Notes: a model not told the origin generated them from the letters alone. A stretch of DNA of 61,976 nucleotides, filler included, from Hausera hauseri (GCA_046269625.1; 10 parts of 10 records of this genome joined end to end with filler, not necessarily neighbours in it), one strand, 5' to 3'; counted from the whole stretch's first letter, positions 1 to 13,397 are shown. Made by a program: numbers and translations.

Positions 1-179
1 TTTTGGGTGATTTTTGGTTTAAATAACAGCTGTTGACTAGGGTACACAATAAAATGAAAAATATTCGAAAAATCGAGTTTCTTCGAAAAAATTGGAAATC
101 GATAACTTTGATTTTATTTGATAGAGGACATTTTCCTGATTCCGGCAAATTTTATCGCACATTAATACGATGAATGGGT

Positions 180-3100
180 GCTGAGATATAACATTGTTGA
201 TGTGGATTGTTATTTCTTTTTCGTCCTTGAGAATGATGATGTTGTGAGAGTGTAAACGAATTACTTTGTAAGGGCCAACATACTAAAGTTGAAAACCATA
301 CGGCGTCTGATTCTTTAGCCATTCGAACTTGGCAGTATATAAATCGTCGGGTATTCAGGGTTTATTGCCGTGCAACAATCTAAAAAATGAGTCTTTTCTG
401 ATCTCAATGAAGTATCTCTAAGCCGCTTGTATGGTTTCGCCTGTAGGAATGTTGTCCAGTTCAGTCAGCTCGAATAATGGTCTGATAGAAGTACCAAATA
501 ATGCTGCTGCAGGAGAGCAGCCTGTAGAAGTAGATGGTGTGTTCCGCCAGCCAAGTAGAATGTACGAAGGAGTGTAGTCCAACTGCGATTGGACTCAGCA
601 AGGATTTTGAGAGACGTTTTCATCGTTTGTAAAAGCGTTCGAGAAAGCTGTTTGATTGGGGATGGTATGGTGTTGTGTGAATGTGGTTTATTCCCAATCG
701 ATTGACAAGAGCTTTAAACAGGTTGGATTCGAACTGTGGGTCTTGGTCCGAAATGATGTGGCGAGGTGATCCAAACCTGCTGATCCAAGTGCGGATGAAA
801 GCATCTGCGATTGTTTTTGTGTTGGTGCTCCGAAGCTGGACAGCCTCTCGTCATCGCGAGGAACGGTCCATCATTGTGAGGATAAACTGATGACCGTTCT
901 CGAAGGGTAGTGCGCCTACAAGGTCAATGTGAACAGATTCAAAACGAGACGTGCGGGGAAAATGATATAGTGGTGACTTTAAGTGCTTAGTAACTTTGTA
1001 TTTTTGACATGCCACACACTGCCTAACTCATGCCTGCACGTCAGAGCGCATCGACGGCCTTACTACTTGGCGTTGTAAAAGTCGAAAAGTGGCCTTTGCA
1101 CCAGGATGGTGCAACGAATGGATGTTGTTGAATGCTTCTTTTTGAAGCGATTCAGAAAGGATGACTTTAAGATTATTAGGTTTGGAGGTGTCAAAGGCCG
1201 CACCGTCGATGGTTTTTCACAATTTAAAAGATTTAAGGATGTCAGGAGGTGGCTGGTTTTGTTGAAGTTTGGATTGAGGGAAAATTGGTGTAAAATCAAT
1301 CGAGCTGACCGATCAAGACAAAAAGTCAGCTACTAAATTATCCACTCCGTTTAGGTGCTTAATTACAAAGTTAAATGTAGACAAATACGATATTTGCCTC
1401 TCCTAACGTGGAGAAGGTGATTTCATGGTAAGAATTTGAAGCAAGGGCTTGTGATCCGTTTGTATTCTAAAGGTTCGTGCGGTTAGCAGATTCTTAAAGT
1501 GTTTTACGGCAAGGACCATTGCAAGCAACTCTCTGTCAAAGGTGGAATATCTTTGCTCTTGTGTGGTGAATTTTCGAGAAAAGAATTCTAATGGCTCATG
1601 GGATCCATTTTTGACTTGATAAAGGACAGCACCTGCAGCTGTCGTGGATGCGTCCGTGGTTAAGAAGAGTTCTGCATGGGAGTCTGGATAGGCGGGGATT
1701 TCAACAGTTTTTAAATTGTCTTTGAGATGATCGAAAGCGTTGACTAAGTCGGCAGTCTATTGAATAGGCTGTTTCTTCTTGCAAGAACTTAGTGATGCAA
1801 ATGGAGCGGTTAGAGTGGAGCAATGTGGAACGTACTTATGAATAAAGTGCAACGTTCCGAGGAAAGAACGCATCTTTGTTGATGTACATGGTAGTTGTAT
1901 GTTTTTGAGCTGTGTTATGCGTTCTGGCTGAGGTGAATGTCCGGAGGAATTAATAACATGTCCTAAGAAATTGACGTTGTGTTGAAAAAAGGAGCATTTG
2001 GAGAAATGGATTTGAAAGTTGTTTTGGTGCAAGCGTTGAAAGATTAAACATAAGTGTTCATAGTGTTGTTTGGAGGAAGATAATATAATTAGGATATCAT
2101 CAATATAGGGATAGGCGAAGTCTAACCCTGATAGTACTGTATCGATATGCCTTTGGAAGGTCTGGGAAGCGCTACGGAGTACAAAAGGCATGAACAGGTA
2201 TTAGAAAAGGCCGAAAGGTGTAATGACAGCCTTTTTCGGAATGTCTGCTGGGGCCACTGGAATTTGGTGGTATGCTTTATGTAAATCAATGCAGAAAATG
2301 ATGGTCGCACCATGGAGCCTGTGAAGGATATTGTTGATTAATTGTATAGGATACGCATTCATTGTTGTTATGTTGTTGAGTTGGCGGTAATCACCGCATG
2401 GGCGAAAGGTGCCTTCTTTTTTCGGAACCACATGCAGTGGCGAAGACCAGGGGATTTGGATTTTCTGATTATGCCTGATCTTTCCAGTTCGAGAAACTGA
2501 GCCTCCACTGACTGCATGCGACGAGGCCATAGCGGGTGGATCTTTTGACGTATTGGTCTCTAATGTGCTGTTACTATGTGATGAAAGGTGGATTGAGGTG
2601 TTACGAATGATTTGTCCTTCTGCAACAGACGTGTGCAGGAAGACGAAATGTATTGCTGTAGGTCAGAAGGCAACGATGAAAGTTATCCGATGGTGTAGAT
2701 GCATCGTGACTGTATGCAGTTGAGGTATGAGTTATAGATAAGGTGTGGTGACTGGGTGGTATTTGGTGCAAGATGTTCGTGTTGAAGATGGTGTTTTCAG
2801 CAGTGTTATTAGTAATAGGTGCCACGCAGTTGGCAATATCGTATCTGTCACTGTAGTAAAAATTTCTGTATAATGTATGATTATAAAAATAATTTAAATC
2901 GGAAGTCGTTTGCTTCAGTATTGACTTGTTGGAAGCGATCGTCGGGGTGATCACCGAAATGCTGATAATTTGATTAAGATTATTTTTGCACTTTAAGGAA
3001 CATCGCTTGCAATCTAAAAGTAAATTGTAGTGGGACATAAAATATGAACCCAATATAAGTGTGCGTACATTAACTACTGTAAATTTTCATATGAATGTGT

Positions 3101-4785
3101 TAAGGAGGTGTGGAAGTGTGAATGTTAATTTGGTAATTCCAAAAATTTGTAAAGGTTCACCAGACGCAGTGAACAGTTGTATTTTTGAGGTCAAATTGTT
3201 TTGGATGTGTTGTGTTGGTGGCAATAAGGAGATTGCTGCGCCGGTGTCTATAAGAAAGTTAATGTTTTGCTTTGTTAGAGTGACAACTGCTGCTTCCAAC
3301 GTGAATACAGCAAAAGAAATGTGTTGGCTAACTTTTTGCAGGTTAGTGTCTTTGCTAGGACTTGCCGTGTGTCCCAGCGACGAAATCAGTTTTTGTAGCT
3401 GGTGAGTTTTGCCTACTGTTTTGTGTGAACTTAGTAGTGTTGGTTTTATTGTGTGTTGTAGGTACAACCAGGTAGGAATTTTTGTGCTTTTGTGCAAAAT
3501 TTTGAGTGATAGATGCAAACGGTGTTGCTTGTATTAAAATTATGGGAATAAAATTTACAACCGATGCAGAATTTCTGAGCAATGTTTCCGAATTTGCTAT
3601 GATAATAGAAAACAAATGACCGCGCGGGCGAAGGTGACTCTCTTTGACGTTGATTAAATACATTAGGAGAAGCAGTCCTAAAAAAACCCCGTCGAGACAG
3701 CGTTAATTCGTTTAATTTTTCATTTATGTTGTTAATTGTATTCTGTAACTTTCCGTAACTCGTTGCGTAATTGCGCAATTTGTTGCTGCAGCATTGCATT
3801 TTGTTGTTGTTGGTTTGCTGTTAATGCTGCAGAGACAGTTGGTGTTGTGTATGAGTGCAGTACATCATATGCTTTGTCTGCCAGTTCGGCTAGTTTGTCC
3901 ATAGCTGTGCAGTTCTCGACCACGGTAAGCAAGGATCTTATTTGAAGGGGCCATGCATTTAGAAAGTATCGGCGAATAAGTTCTGGACTATGCTCAGATG
4001 TCACGCCAAGGGTGTTGAAGTGAGACAGAATTCAGAAGGCTTGTGAAGGCCCATGGCGTTGTCGTTAAAGAATCTTTGAATAATTGAATCGACTGACGGC
4101 TCAGTAAGCTTGAGAGCGGCATTGTAAAGTTGAGTATATAGGTCGGTGTGCTGAAGGATGTCAATGATATTGGTAATTTTAGTTTTGATGGAAACTGGTA
4201 AGTGAAAAAAGAGGCTGTTAGCTTTGGATAAAGAGTAGATGACGTTTTGTGATTGGAGCCAAAATTGGTGCAGTTTTAGCCAAGTTTGAGTAGAGTTTTG
4301 GCTGTCGAGGAAGTATTAGGTGCAGGGTGAATGCGTAAGGAGGGTGTGTTGTGTTGAAATGTTTGAAGCGCCTTGTTTGGGTAAATGAATGATAGGATCT
4401 GTGGTTTGGTGAGTTTGTCTGTGGTATCGATTGTGGGTGAAGAATCCATGACATCATGGATGCAGGAGTGAATGTGAGAGCAAACGCAAATTGTAGAAGG
4501 TTGGTGGGATCCAGCGAAATGCACAAAAGATCCATTGTATGTGAGGTAGAAATCAGATTAGTGAAGCAAGGTAGAGATGAAGGTGTAAATGGCTGCAGTA
4601 TGTAAATGTAATGCTGTGTATGTGTGCATATATTTGTTATTTAAAAAAAGATGGAGTAGAGAGAGGTTACATGCCCGGGACCGTTGTGGGGCGGCAACGA
4701 ACGGCGCCGTCTGACGTAATGACGCAAGATGAGCGGCCGGGACCTCAGCCTCACCGCGGCGGGTCCGAAATTTCGGGGTGATCGA
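180..4785 (-). mobile_element. Degenerate Ty3/gypsy LTR retrotransposon, CsRn1-like (UBL-gag-PR-RT-RH-IN), copy A
   Basis: Gag RRYFLNAWPLQIRSLL plus two CxxH-KF-A-C knuckles (3446-4004). Protease FLIDTGAAISLLP (~3240). RT PWSSPLHVVPKK/RPCGDYRQLN/IDLHKAYHQIP/YPYIDDILI (1757-2530). RNase H LTTDASTTAAGAVL and YSTFDRELLA (~1500-1680). Integrase HIDLVGALP and HIISDQDPQFES (~700-950). Many stops and frameshifts. Confidence 0.93.
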
Positions 4786-4897
4786 CTTCCTTCTCAAAGG
4801 TCCTACTCCAAAGTGCCAGTGCACAAAACGTCTTTTAGAAAATAAAATGCCAAAGGACTTACAGAAGGACTCAAATAGTTGAAGTATAACAGTAGTA

Positions 4898-5794
4898 CTA
4901 GGTATCATCATAACTGTTGCTTTGTGCCATTTCTGAACTTGGAACAGCAACCGGTGGTTGGCTATTTATATCTGGTTTAAAAACTGTTGGACACCTATCG
5001 CTTTCCATAGCTAATGAATTTATTTTCTTTTTCAATTGATTCAGTTTTTTAACGATCGTATTATATTCGGTTGTTGTCGATTCCAATGCGGTTTGACTTT
5101 CCTGGAATTGGTTTTCGTGCAATTCGATTTGGTTTTCTTCGGTTTTTCGAATTTCATTTGACGTACTCTCCTTTTGTGTTTTGACGTTAATTAGAAAATG
5201 AATTTGTTGGGAAACTTCCGGTTTCATTTTCATCTTTTGTTGTTTGGCTGTAATGTTTTCGTTGATGCCTTCGGGTAGTTTTAATTTACGCACGAACGAT
5301 AAAAGGGACATTAAAAGTTCTTCTAAACTATCGGCTTGTGATGACAGAGATCGTAAGGAACTAAGCCACGTTGAAATTGATTTTAGTGCGTCTAAATCCG
5401 ATTTAAAAGAAATCAACAAAGTCCTCGGCATAATGGATTGGGACAATGGACTAGCCAAGTGGCAGTTGTGCGGCAGCCATGGGAATTCCCAATTGTCAAC
5501 AAAACACTTTTTAATTCCAGAATCAAGTTTATCTTTTTCATTTAAACCATCACTAAAAGTTGGCCCGGAATCTTTGGGTAACATTTCACCTAAGAAAGAA
5601 ATAATCTTTTTTCGTATCTTTAACGTTGGGATACAAAGAAAATGCGGGATAAAAACAATTATACATTCCTGTCTTCTGTTTTTGAAAAATGGAGTCGTAA
5701 TGCCAAAGTTGTTTAAACGCTTCGATCTGTCAACAATTCTGTTGGACATACTTAATGACAGCAGAAATAAAGTAAAATACGCAATTTTCAACAT
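4898..5794 (-). CDS. Unidentified ORF with coiled-coil C-terminal half, between the FNDC3 copy and the gypsy leader
   Basis: 298-aa open frame with a heptad-like stretch (EIRKTEENQIELHENQFQESQTALESTTTEYNTIVKKLNQLKKK). No family recognised. Confidence 0.35.
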   Translation of the reverse strand: MLKIAYFTLFLLSLSMSNRIVDRSKRLNNFGITTPFFKNRRQECIIVFIPHFLCIPTLKIRKKIISFLGEMLPKDSGPTFSDGLNEKDKLDSGIKKCFVDNWEFPWLPHNCHLASPLSQSIMPRTLLISFKSDLDALKSISTWLSSLRSLSSQADSLEELLMSLLSFVRKLKLPEGINENITAKQQKMKMKPEVSQQIHFLINVKTQKESTSNEIRKTEENQIELHENQFQESQTALESTTTEYNTIVKKLNQLKKKINSLAMESDRCPTVFKPDINSQPPVAVPSSEMAQSNSYDDT

Positions 5795-5830
5795 CGTTTC
5801 CGATTTGTATCGTTGTTTCGTAACTCGTAA

Positions 5831-8614
5831 TTACCGAACCACCATTGCTTTCGGGCTTTCCCACACCAAATTTATGCCTCCCGGAATGAAGTTGCCACCT
5901 TTCGCTTTGAATCCAATGTCCTTACGCGGTGGTAGCGTTTGTCCAGACAGCATGGAGGCCAAATTAACGGTAATTGGGGAACAAGGAACGCCCGAGCCGC
6001 CAACTGAGGATTTTGCTGAAACTCGCACCAAAACTACTACCGGGTGTAAGATCCTTGCATATGTGTTGTCATTAGTTGCCCTCATAGTATGACACCCAAT
6101 CATGATCTGAGTCATCCATGTCGACATTGTTCGAGACTGATTTAGAGATATCTACGTTTACATTTATTTCTACTTTGAATGATGTGAATGGTAATCCTCC
6201 GTCGACTTCGGGAGTCTTCCAGACCTGACAGAATGATGTAGGGGATATCTTTCCACGAACACGCAGTTTTTGTGGACAACTCGGTAAATCTGGTTTCGTC
6301 GAGTGAATGACAACATCATTCCAATTACTTCGACCGCCCTGATTACTGGCGGCTAAATGGAATCGATAATTTGTATTCCGTCTCAAATTTTCAACGTAAT
6401 GCTCGATCTTGGATCCGTTGAAGACGGTAATGAATCCATAACCAGTGGCTCAGCCATCATTTCCAAACAAAACGTTTCATCGCATGGCCGTTTCTTCCAA
6501 GTAAGCAGTGAACCGCTGGCTTCAGCCCTAGCTAATATAGGTGGTTCTGGGGCTGATGAAGCAGTACCAGACGTTGTTGCAGATAACGGTTCACTCCATA
6601 AACTTTGACCGAAAGAGTTTATAGCTGATAGTCTGATAAGATATTCGGTCGATGCCTTCAACTTCAGAATCTTAAATGTTTTAGCATTTCCTCGGAATAC
6701 TTGAATATAGCAGTCATTATTCGAGTCAGCTGGCCGATATTACAATACAAATTCGGTGATTTTTGATCCGTTTTCAACCGGTGAATTCCATTTAACTTGA
6801 ATATAATTTCGACTTTTCGTTTGCAGAATGACAGGCTTCGGTGGGGTTGGTTTCGCGGGTAACGTTGTGAACTTGTTTGCAGGAAATAAGTTATCAGTAA
6901 TGTTATCGTAGATACAACACACTTTAACATAATGGTCTGTTGATGGTTTGAGGTCTTGCAATGATATTTCAACCGCTTCGCCGTAAAATACACAATTGTA
7001 TCGGCTGTCCGGATTTCTTTCGGCGAAGTGCAGTTGGAAAGTAAAGTCACCGGAGTTAATGGTGGCGACACAGTTATTTGGAACTTTAGGGCAAATGAAA
7101 TGAATTAGTACACTTCTGGCTTCGATTTCTGAAACCTCGAGCTTTTCAATAGTGTTCAGTACATCTCTGATTGCACGTTTTTCATTATCAGGCAATATAG
7201 TACTGACTTCATCAGCACTGAACAGAGGTGAACCACCTTGGTCATGAATGTAATGATGCTTGATTGAACAGGTACTGTTTTGAAACGATCTATTTTGATA
7301 TTTCGAGTAGTAATTGTGAGGTGAATACGATGGGAAATTCTCGCAGTAATTCTCATCTCGATTGTGATTACTGGAACCACCATTAGTAACGGACTTTTCG
7401 TGATAATGATATAGGTCGGTCGACGATGATTTACCACCGTCGTTGGAATTTGACGCAGAAAAAACTATTTGGGAAATCATGTGGCATAATTTCTGCTTTG
7501 GATAGTAAGATGAGTCGTCCCCCTGTGATGAATGATAGTACTGATGTTGAATACGAGGTTTTACAGTTCGCAGTTTGTTTTCTGAAATTGACTGAGTTAA
7601 TTGACTAGGCTGCTTTACCGAGTCGCCAGTGAAATTATTTGACGTAACACCACGATGGCTATTTGATAATTGAGAATTATTTGCATTAGTGATTGACGGA
7701 GGATTAGCAGAGTGGATAGGCTGCATGTGCGATGTGAGACATTGAGTCGGCTGATGAAGTGGACTCAAAATCACATGCGTAAGAATGCCATACTCATCAA
7801 CAATTTGTTGAACAATATGACCTGGTGGTACGTGCATGGGCACCGGGGTCGGTGGACCACTGTTTGGTACCATTCTCTTTGTTACCGGTACAGAAATATT
7901 TTGGATCTGATCACCAACCAGAATGGAAAACGTCTCTCCCAAATTGACGTGAACCATGACGGCATGTTCACCGCCAATTGCCGTAATATTGCCCGTGTTA
8001 TTTCCACCGGGCACGGCAAAACTCGAAGTGTTGATAATTGGTGGTGACACACTGAGTCGACTGCCACCTGAATTGTGGAAGTGTTGAACGGTATTATGGT
8101 TATGGACGAATGGTGGAGTCCCGTGGACAATAACTGGAGGTGACGCAGTTGTCATGTGAGTAACAGAATTGATTGCCGGATGGTCCTGGTTGGTGGTAAT
8201 GAATCCGTGGAATGATGCAGCGGCAGTGCTGGGATCCAGTGGATAAATTTGTGCATTAGGCAATGTCAATGCAGTCGGATAAATGGCAACCGCTCCACTG
8301 TCAGCCAAATTTAACACGGTCATGTTGAGACTCGTTGGTTGGACTGGGTGGTTTTGTGCGCAACTGGTTACATGAATATCTACAGAAAGACAGTTGTCGG
8401 GTTCATTTAAAGCATTTTCCGTTGTGAATTGTTCGTCAAAGGTCGACTCAACAAAGTTGTAATCAACAATCAGTGTTTTCTCGTTGGTAGAATTGTTATT
8501 GTTATTACGATTTTTACTGCACGAATTATCATTATCGTCAGTATTCGGTTCTTTTGATTTCAGGGTTGTTACAACTTTCTGTTTCGGAACGAATTCTTTA
8601 GCCGTTGAATTCAT
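5831..8614 (-). pseudogene. FNDC3: Intronless, frameshifted, 3'-truncated FNDC3 (miles-to-go-like) copy
   Basis: FNDC3 N-terminal motif VMVHVNLGETFSI...PMHVPPGHIVQQIVDEYGILTHVILSP, then successive FN3 repeats (LQDLKPSTDHYVKV, WNSPVENGSKITEFVL, STEYLIRLSAINSFGQSLWSEP, WKTPEVDGGLPFTSF) split over several frames. No introns seen. Confidence 0.85.
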
Positions 8615-11600
8615 AACACACTTTTTAAATGTTGAACAATTTGCAGTTTTCGATGTTACAGTTTGATCTTCTCTGATGACATTTTATCTGATGACATTTA
8701 TCATTTGGATATCATGCATTTATAAAACAATAGTTTTGTAAAGGCAATAACCATGTAATTATAGAACAATGTAAAGAAACGTTACCTTTTTCTGACACCA
8801 GATGTGATTCTGTATTATATCCGTTAATGAACAAAGAAAGTCTTCCAAGATTTGGATCAAAAAAAATATCTGAAAATAAAATTTCAGTATTGCAATATCC
8901 AAAGTTAAATTCAAATCTTTTAAACAGAAATGGCACTCTGAATCAAAACCAAAAAAAATTTCGACAAACTGACAAAAACAATATGATTCAAAATGTCAAT
9001 ATTTCAAAATTCCAATGCAAAAATGGCGAGTAAAGTTTTGAAAATTCATAGAGGCAAAAAATTATGTATTTATATCTTTACCATATTTAAGCAAATGTTT
9101 TTTTGTACATTTTGAGTAAAACAAATGAATTACATGCATAAAGAAAAGAACACGCCGGTTGTAATCAAACATTTTTTTTGATTTGGAAAGTACTATTATT
9201 TGACCCTTGCAACGGTATTTGATGATTTTAATGAAGGTGCAGGTAAATTTGGTCCCGTAGTTAATGATTATTGGTTTAGTGAATTCAATGCAGAGTTTGT
9301 CGATCGGGTCGTAATTGAGTTTATGTTCTTGGAAACGTTGCTCATTTTAGAAAGAGCAGTTTGGACTTTTAAAATTTCATCGTCTTTATACTGTAGCAGA
9401 CTATTTGTATCGACGATATCGTGAATAGATAATGCATTAGATTCGGCTTTTCTGTTAATTGTAGCGTAACGATAATTGTTCCGTCTCATCACTCGTATCT
9501 GTATGAGTTGGCCTCGATAATTCTCAATGATATTGGTTACGCCTTTCAAATCTTGCATGTGAGTTCTATGGGGTTAAATCAATTACCACAAGTCGAGAAA
9601 CAGATAAAGTAAATTGATTGTTTCATTTACAATTACGCGAAGATCAAAGATCAAATCAAAACAAACCGCGTAAAGCGAAATCATAAAAGGTAAAGGATTA
9701 CTATGTGATCATAGCGAGCTACTAAACTGTCTAGCAGTGACGACAGCTGGTCAATCAAAGTTACAGACCCCAAATAAAGTCCTAATGATTATAAGCAAAA
9801 TTCGACACGTTTATAACTATAATTAGGTCATAAAAAACTTAGAAATAATTAAAGTGTACACAAACGCTTCTTAAAACATGGTCCATGGATTACTACTTAA
9901 CGGTCCGTTTCGTAAATATAATGATGACGTAATTATATCAGAACAAAATGCGAAAACAAGTTGAATGTGAAGATTTAAAAAAGCTGTTGGTGCCACGAGT
10001 AAGAATATTGCAAAGATTTTTTGGGATCCATAGTCATAGTAAGTTTAATAATCGTTGGTTTAGTGTGGTGCCCACCGTTTGCACGCCCCGCGGCCGAATG
10101 GTTGGACGACGTCGGGCGCCTGTCATCGCTTTAATGGCGTCCCGGGCCTCGAACCGTACCAGTCTCTTGCGCCGGGTCCCGTTGCCGCGCGACGGTATGA
10201 ACACTCAACCCAGTTTTTTCTGGATGCTTCCTCGTTAGAAAAATATTTGTGGCTCATTGACATCAGGTGTCACATTTAATTCGAAACATTGTGGCGTGTC
10301 AGCAAATTATATGGACTTCGATGATTTTCTGCCGAACCTTCGTGTACAAAATCCTTCTTTGTCGAATTTTCAAACTCACTGAAACATAGATTAGTATCCG
10401 GTCGATTCAATCTCTTGAACAGATACGCTTGTCGTTTCACCAAATTACGTCCATCGTTGTCCAGGCTCTATGTTAATTTCCGGTGATTGTCGTGAGAGAA
10501 GGAAATACGATGATTCCAGTTCAGTGGATGAAATACAAATTCAACCAAGAAGCAATAAAATCCGTCTGGTTGACGAATCAACAAGTTCGGCGCAAACCGA
10601 TAATCTCGAAGTGAAGAAACAGCGAGTCTATCGAATCGTTGACAAATACTTTACCGAAGATCTGCAGCCAGTCCACGTCAGCGGTGATGGAACGTTGATG
10701 TGTCTGCCACGAGAAACCTTCAGCAGCGAATGTTACAATATCGCCAGAAGAGTTATTGAAAAATACAAACAGAGCAACAATATTTCCTCGGCCAAAAATG
10801 GGACCCGGTATTCCACTGCGCCTGTTAACTCAGTTCCGTCGTGACAGTCCACCGGCACTGGCTCTTTACAGTCCGTGATCATTTCATCTTGCATTTATTT
10901 GTAGGACTAATAAATTTACGAGTTTTCTACTTATGCCATGTGGTTTTGTGTATCTGTACTTCTTTTTTCGTACGTTTTGCGCGTTGTCTTTGTAAAGATT
11001 AATTTGTTTTTTTTTGTTATTTTGTATTCATCTTATTTTTATGCATTTTCTCTTGCTGACGACAGTGAAACCATGCAGAGAAAATAACCTTTAGATGTCA
11101 GATTAGACTTGGTTTATTTTAAGTTTGCCTTCTTTAAAAATGAGTATTGCAGGAGGAATATTAAATTGTAAAACGCTGCAATAGATAAATTGATTTTTAA
11201 CGTTGAATTTGTATAATTTAATTGTGAATGTTTATTATTGAGGATTGTTATGCTTATATTGTTGAAACACGATTTTGTTTTAATAAATTATTAATAAACT
11301 TTATGCGGATTTTTTTTTCAAATTTTCAACTAATCTTTTAGAATAACACAAACCAGTGACATCAGCACCAATCTCAACCTTTGTATTTAAATATCATGAC
11401 AGGAGAGAACAAATAATAATGGTCAGCTTTTGCAGTGCGTGATAAAAAAGATTGGGAGAAATTCCGCATGGCAGAATGAACGTGCTAAGGACCCTGCGGG
11501 TCGTAATCTGTTTATGAGGACAAATATATTTATCATCGTGGTGTCAGTTATCAACACTTTGTTGCATACGTGGATATGACCGTTACGATGGCTTCAATTT

Positions 11601-11888
11601 AGCCACGAGGCACATGTAAGAATGTCGGGGTTAGCACTACGCCTTTAAACTTCCCAAAGAAGTACGGTACTTGTTCACCGTTCTTGTGGATCGAAGTGTG
11701 TCAATCAAGGTTCGAACCTTCAGTATATGCATGTTAATTAAGCCATAAAAACAGTTAAGTCAATCCTGTGTTGTGTGTCAGCTGTACAAGTCGATTCTTG
11801 TACAAGTCGATTCCTCGTGATGCATACAATACACATTATTATAAAATTGCGAACATCGTGTCTGGGGACATTAATTTGAATGCTGGAT

Positions 11889-11957
11889 ACAGAGGGGAGA
11901 TTGAGCCTCAGACCATAGGACCGAAAGCGAGCGCACTAACCACTATGCTATCGCAGT
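11889..11957 (-). repeat. tRNA-derived SINE head / tRNA pseudogene
   Basis: Minus strand reads GCGATAGCATAGTGGTTAGTGCGCTCGCTTTCGGTCCTATGGTCTGAGGCTCAATCTCC: a Pol III A-box and degenerate B-box, no complete cloverleaf. Confidence 0.5.
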
Positions 11958-12879
11958 TCCCTTTATAGCATGTAGTTGACTACCTGAATTTTCACTAATA
12001 CTGTTTGGTTTTAAATTAACTAAAGTGCACATGCTTGATAAGGGCTCGAGATTCGCTACATCGTAACTTATTCAGTCTGTCAAGCCAAAAGACTGATGTT
12101 CAATTCTGTGACCGGTGCGTACCAGTTCTATAACTCTACATGGGAACCAGAGAGATTTTCTATACAATCAAACATGCATTTAATGGCACTACTGTCTTGT
12201 TTTCTGTATGTCTCTAAAAGCTATATTTTTGCTGGATACACAGCGAAGATATCTTTGAATTCCACTGATCTTATCCGACTTAAATATAGCTATCAATTTT
12301 TTTCCACGGCTCAGTACAAATGGTGCCTCCGAGTCATAGTTATGTGCAGCCAGTATTCAATTCTACTGAAGTTCCTATTTGAAAACAGTTCTACACAGGC
12401 TCTGGCACACAATTTACTTTCCCTTGTCACTTGTTGAGTTCTAAGTAGTACAGTATGTTATGTGGTTCATGTTTACTGTTGAATTTTAATGGCCTTCCCA
12501 TTTAGAGTATGTTTTGAGATACAATTTAAAGCTAAATAAAAAAACAAAACAAAAAAAACCACTTGATAGATTTTTATACTTACTGCAAATAATAAATCAA
12601 AAGCAGAGATATAATTCAATAAATCTGGATTACATTACGAGAAAAGCATCTCAGAGATTCAATTTAGGGCTTATGAGGTTTGAATAATGTACGACAATTT
12701 ACTGTCTGCCTTTGACAGTGGAAGAACTGAGACTGGCTGAAGCATTTTTCCCACCCCTCTCTGACAGTTAATTTAAGTCCTTTTTTAGAAATAAACAGCA
12801 CTTAATATAACCAAATGGGTGGATGAGTATTTTTGGGAAAATAATAGTTTTTATTTTAAAGTCTTTAGGCCAGTTGAGG

Positions 12880-12979
12880 NNNNNNNNNNNNNNNNNNNNN
12901 NNNNNNNNNNNNNNNNNNNNNNNTTAATTAATTAANNNNNNNNNNNNNNNNNNNNNNNNNNNNNNNNNNNNNNNNNNNN
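12880..12979. other. Artificial contig linker (also 17571-17670, 25679-25778, 30525-30624, 35183-35282, 40270-40369, 45552-45651, 50608-50707, 56844-56943)
   Basis: Identical 100-nt N-run/TTAATTAATTAA/N-run six-frame stop linker, nine times. Confidence 0.99.
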
Positions 12980-13397
12980 CACGAAAATAAGATTTACATA
13001 TGATTAGAAAATAAAGGTCACATAAGTTTATGCTTAATGATTTAAAATGCGATAATTCATTCCAAAAGCCTTTAATATTGATTATTACACATTGCGGTAT
13101 GCATCTAGAGTAAATTAAAAATGACTATATTAATTTTCATGTATCCGCATTCGCATATTTCCAGTAAACATATGTACTTTCATAATTTTTTCTCATTCTC
13201 ATATCCTCGGAGAGATCGCGAACACCCCTGTATATATCCAGGATGGTATCAATAAATTAGGAAAAATGAACTATTGATGTGAAAGATTTATTCTGATTAT
13301 AAGTAAGTATGTATAAAAGTAAAAAGTATGTACAAAACGCATGTCTGTTTACAATGGACATAGTGTCAGGTATCACTATTATAAATCCAGCTGACAC

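Noticed and set aside
5244-6092. 282-aa plus-strand ORF (likewise 47222-47608, 3061-3405, 37005-37307)
   Set aside because: Antisense shadows of recognisable genes, with no motifs of their own.
12880-12979. Recurring TTAATTAATTAA motif as a biological repeat, and ORFs running into the N-runs
   Set aside because: It is an artificial six-frame stop linker between contigs.
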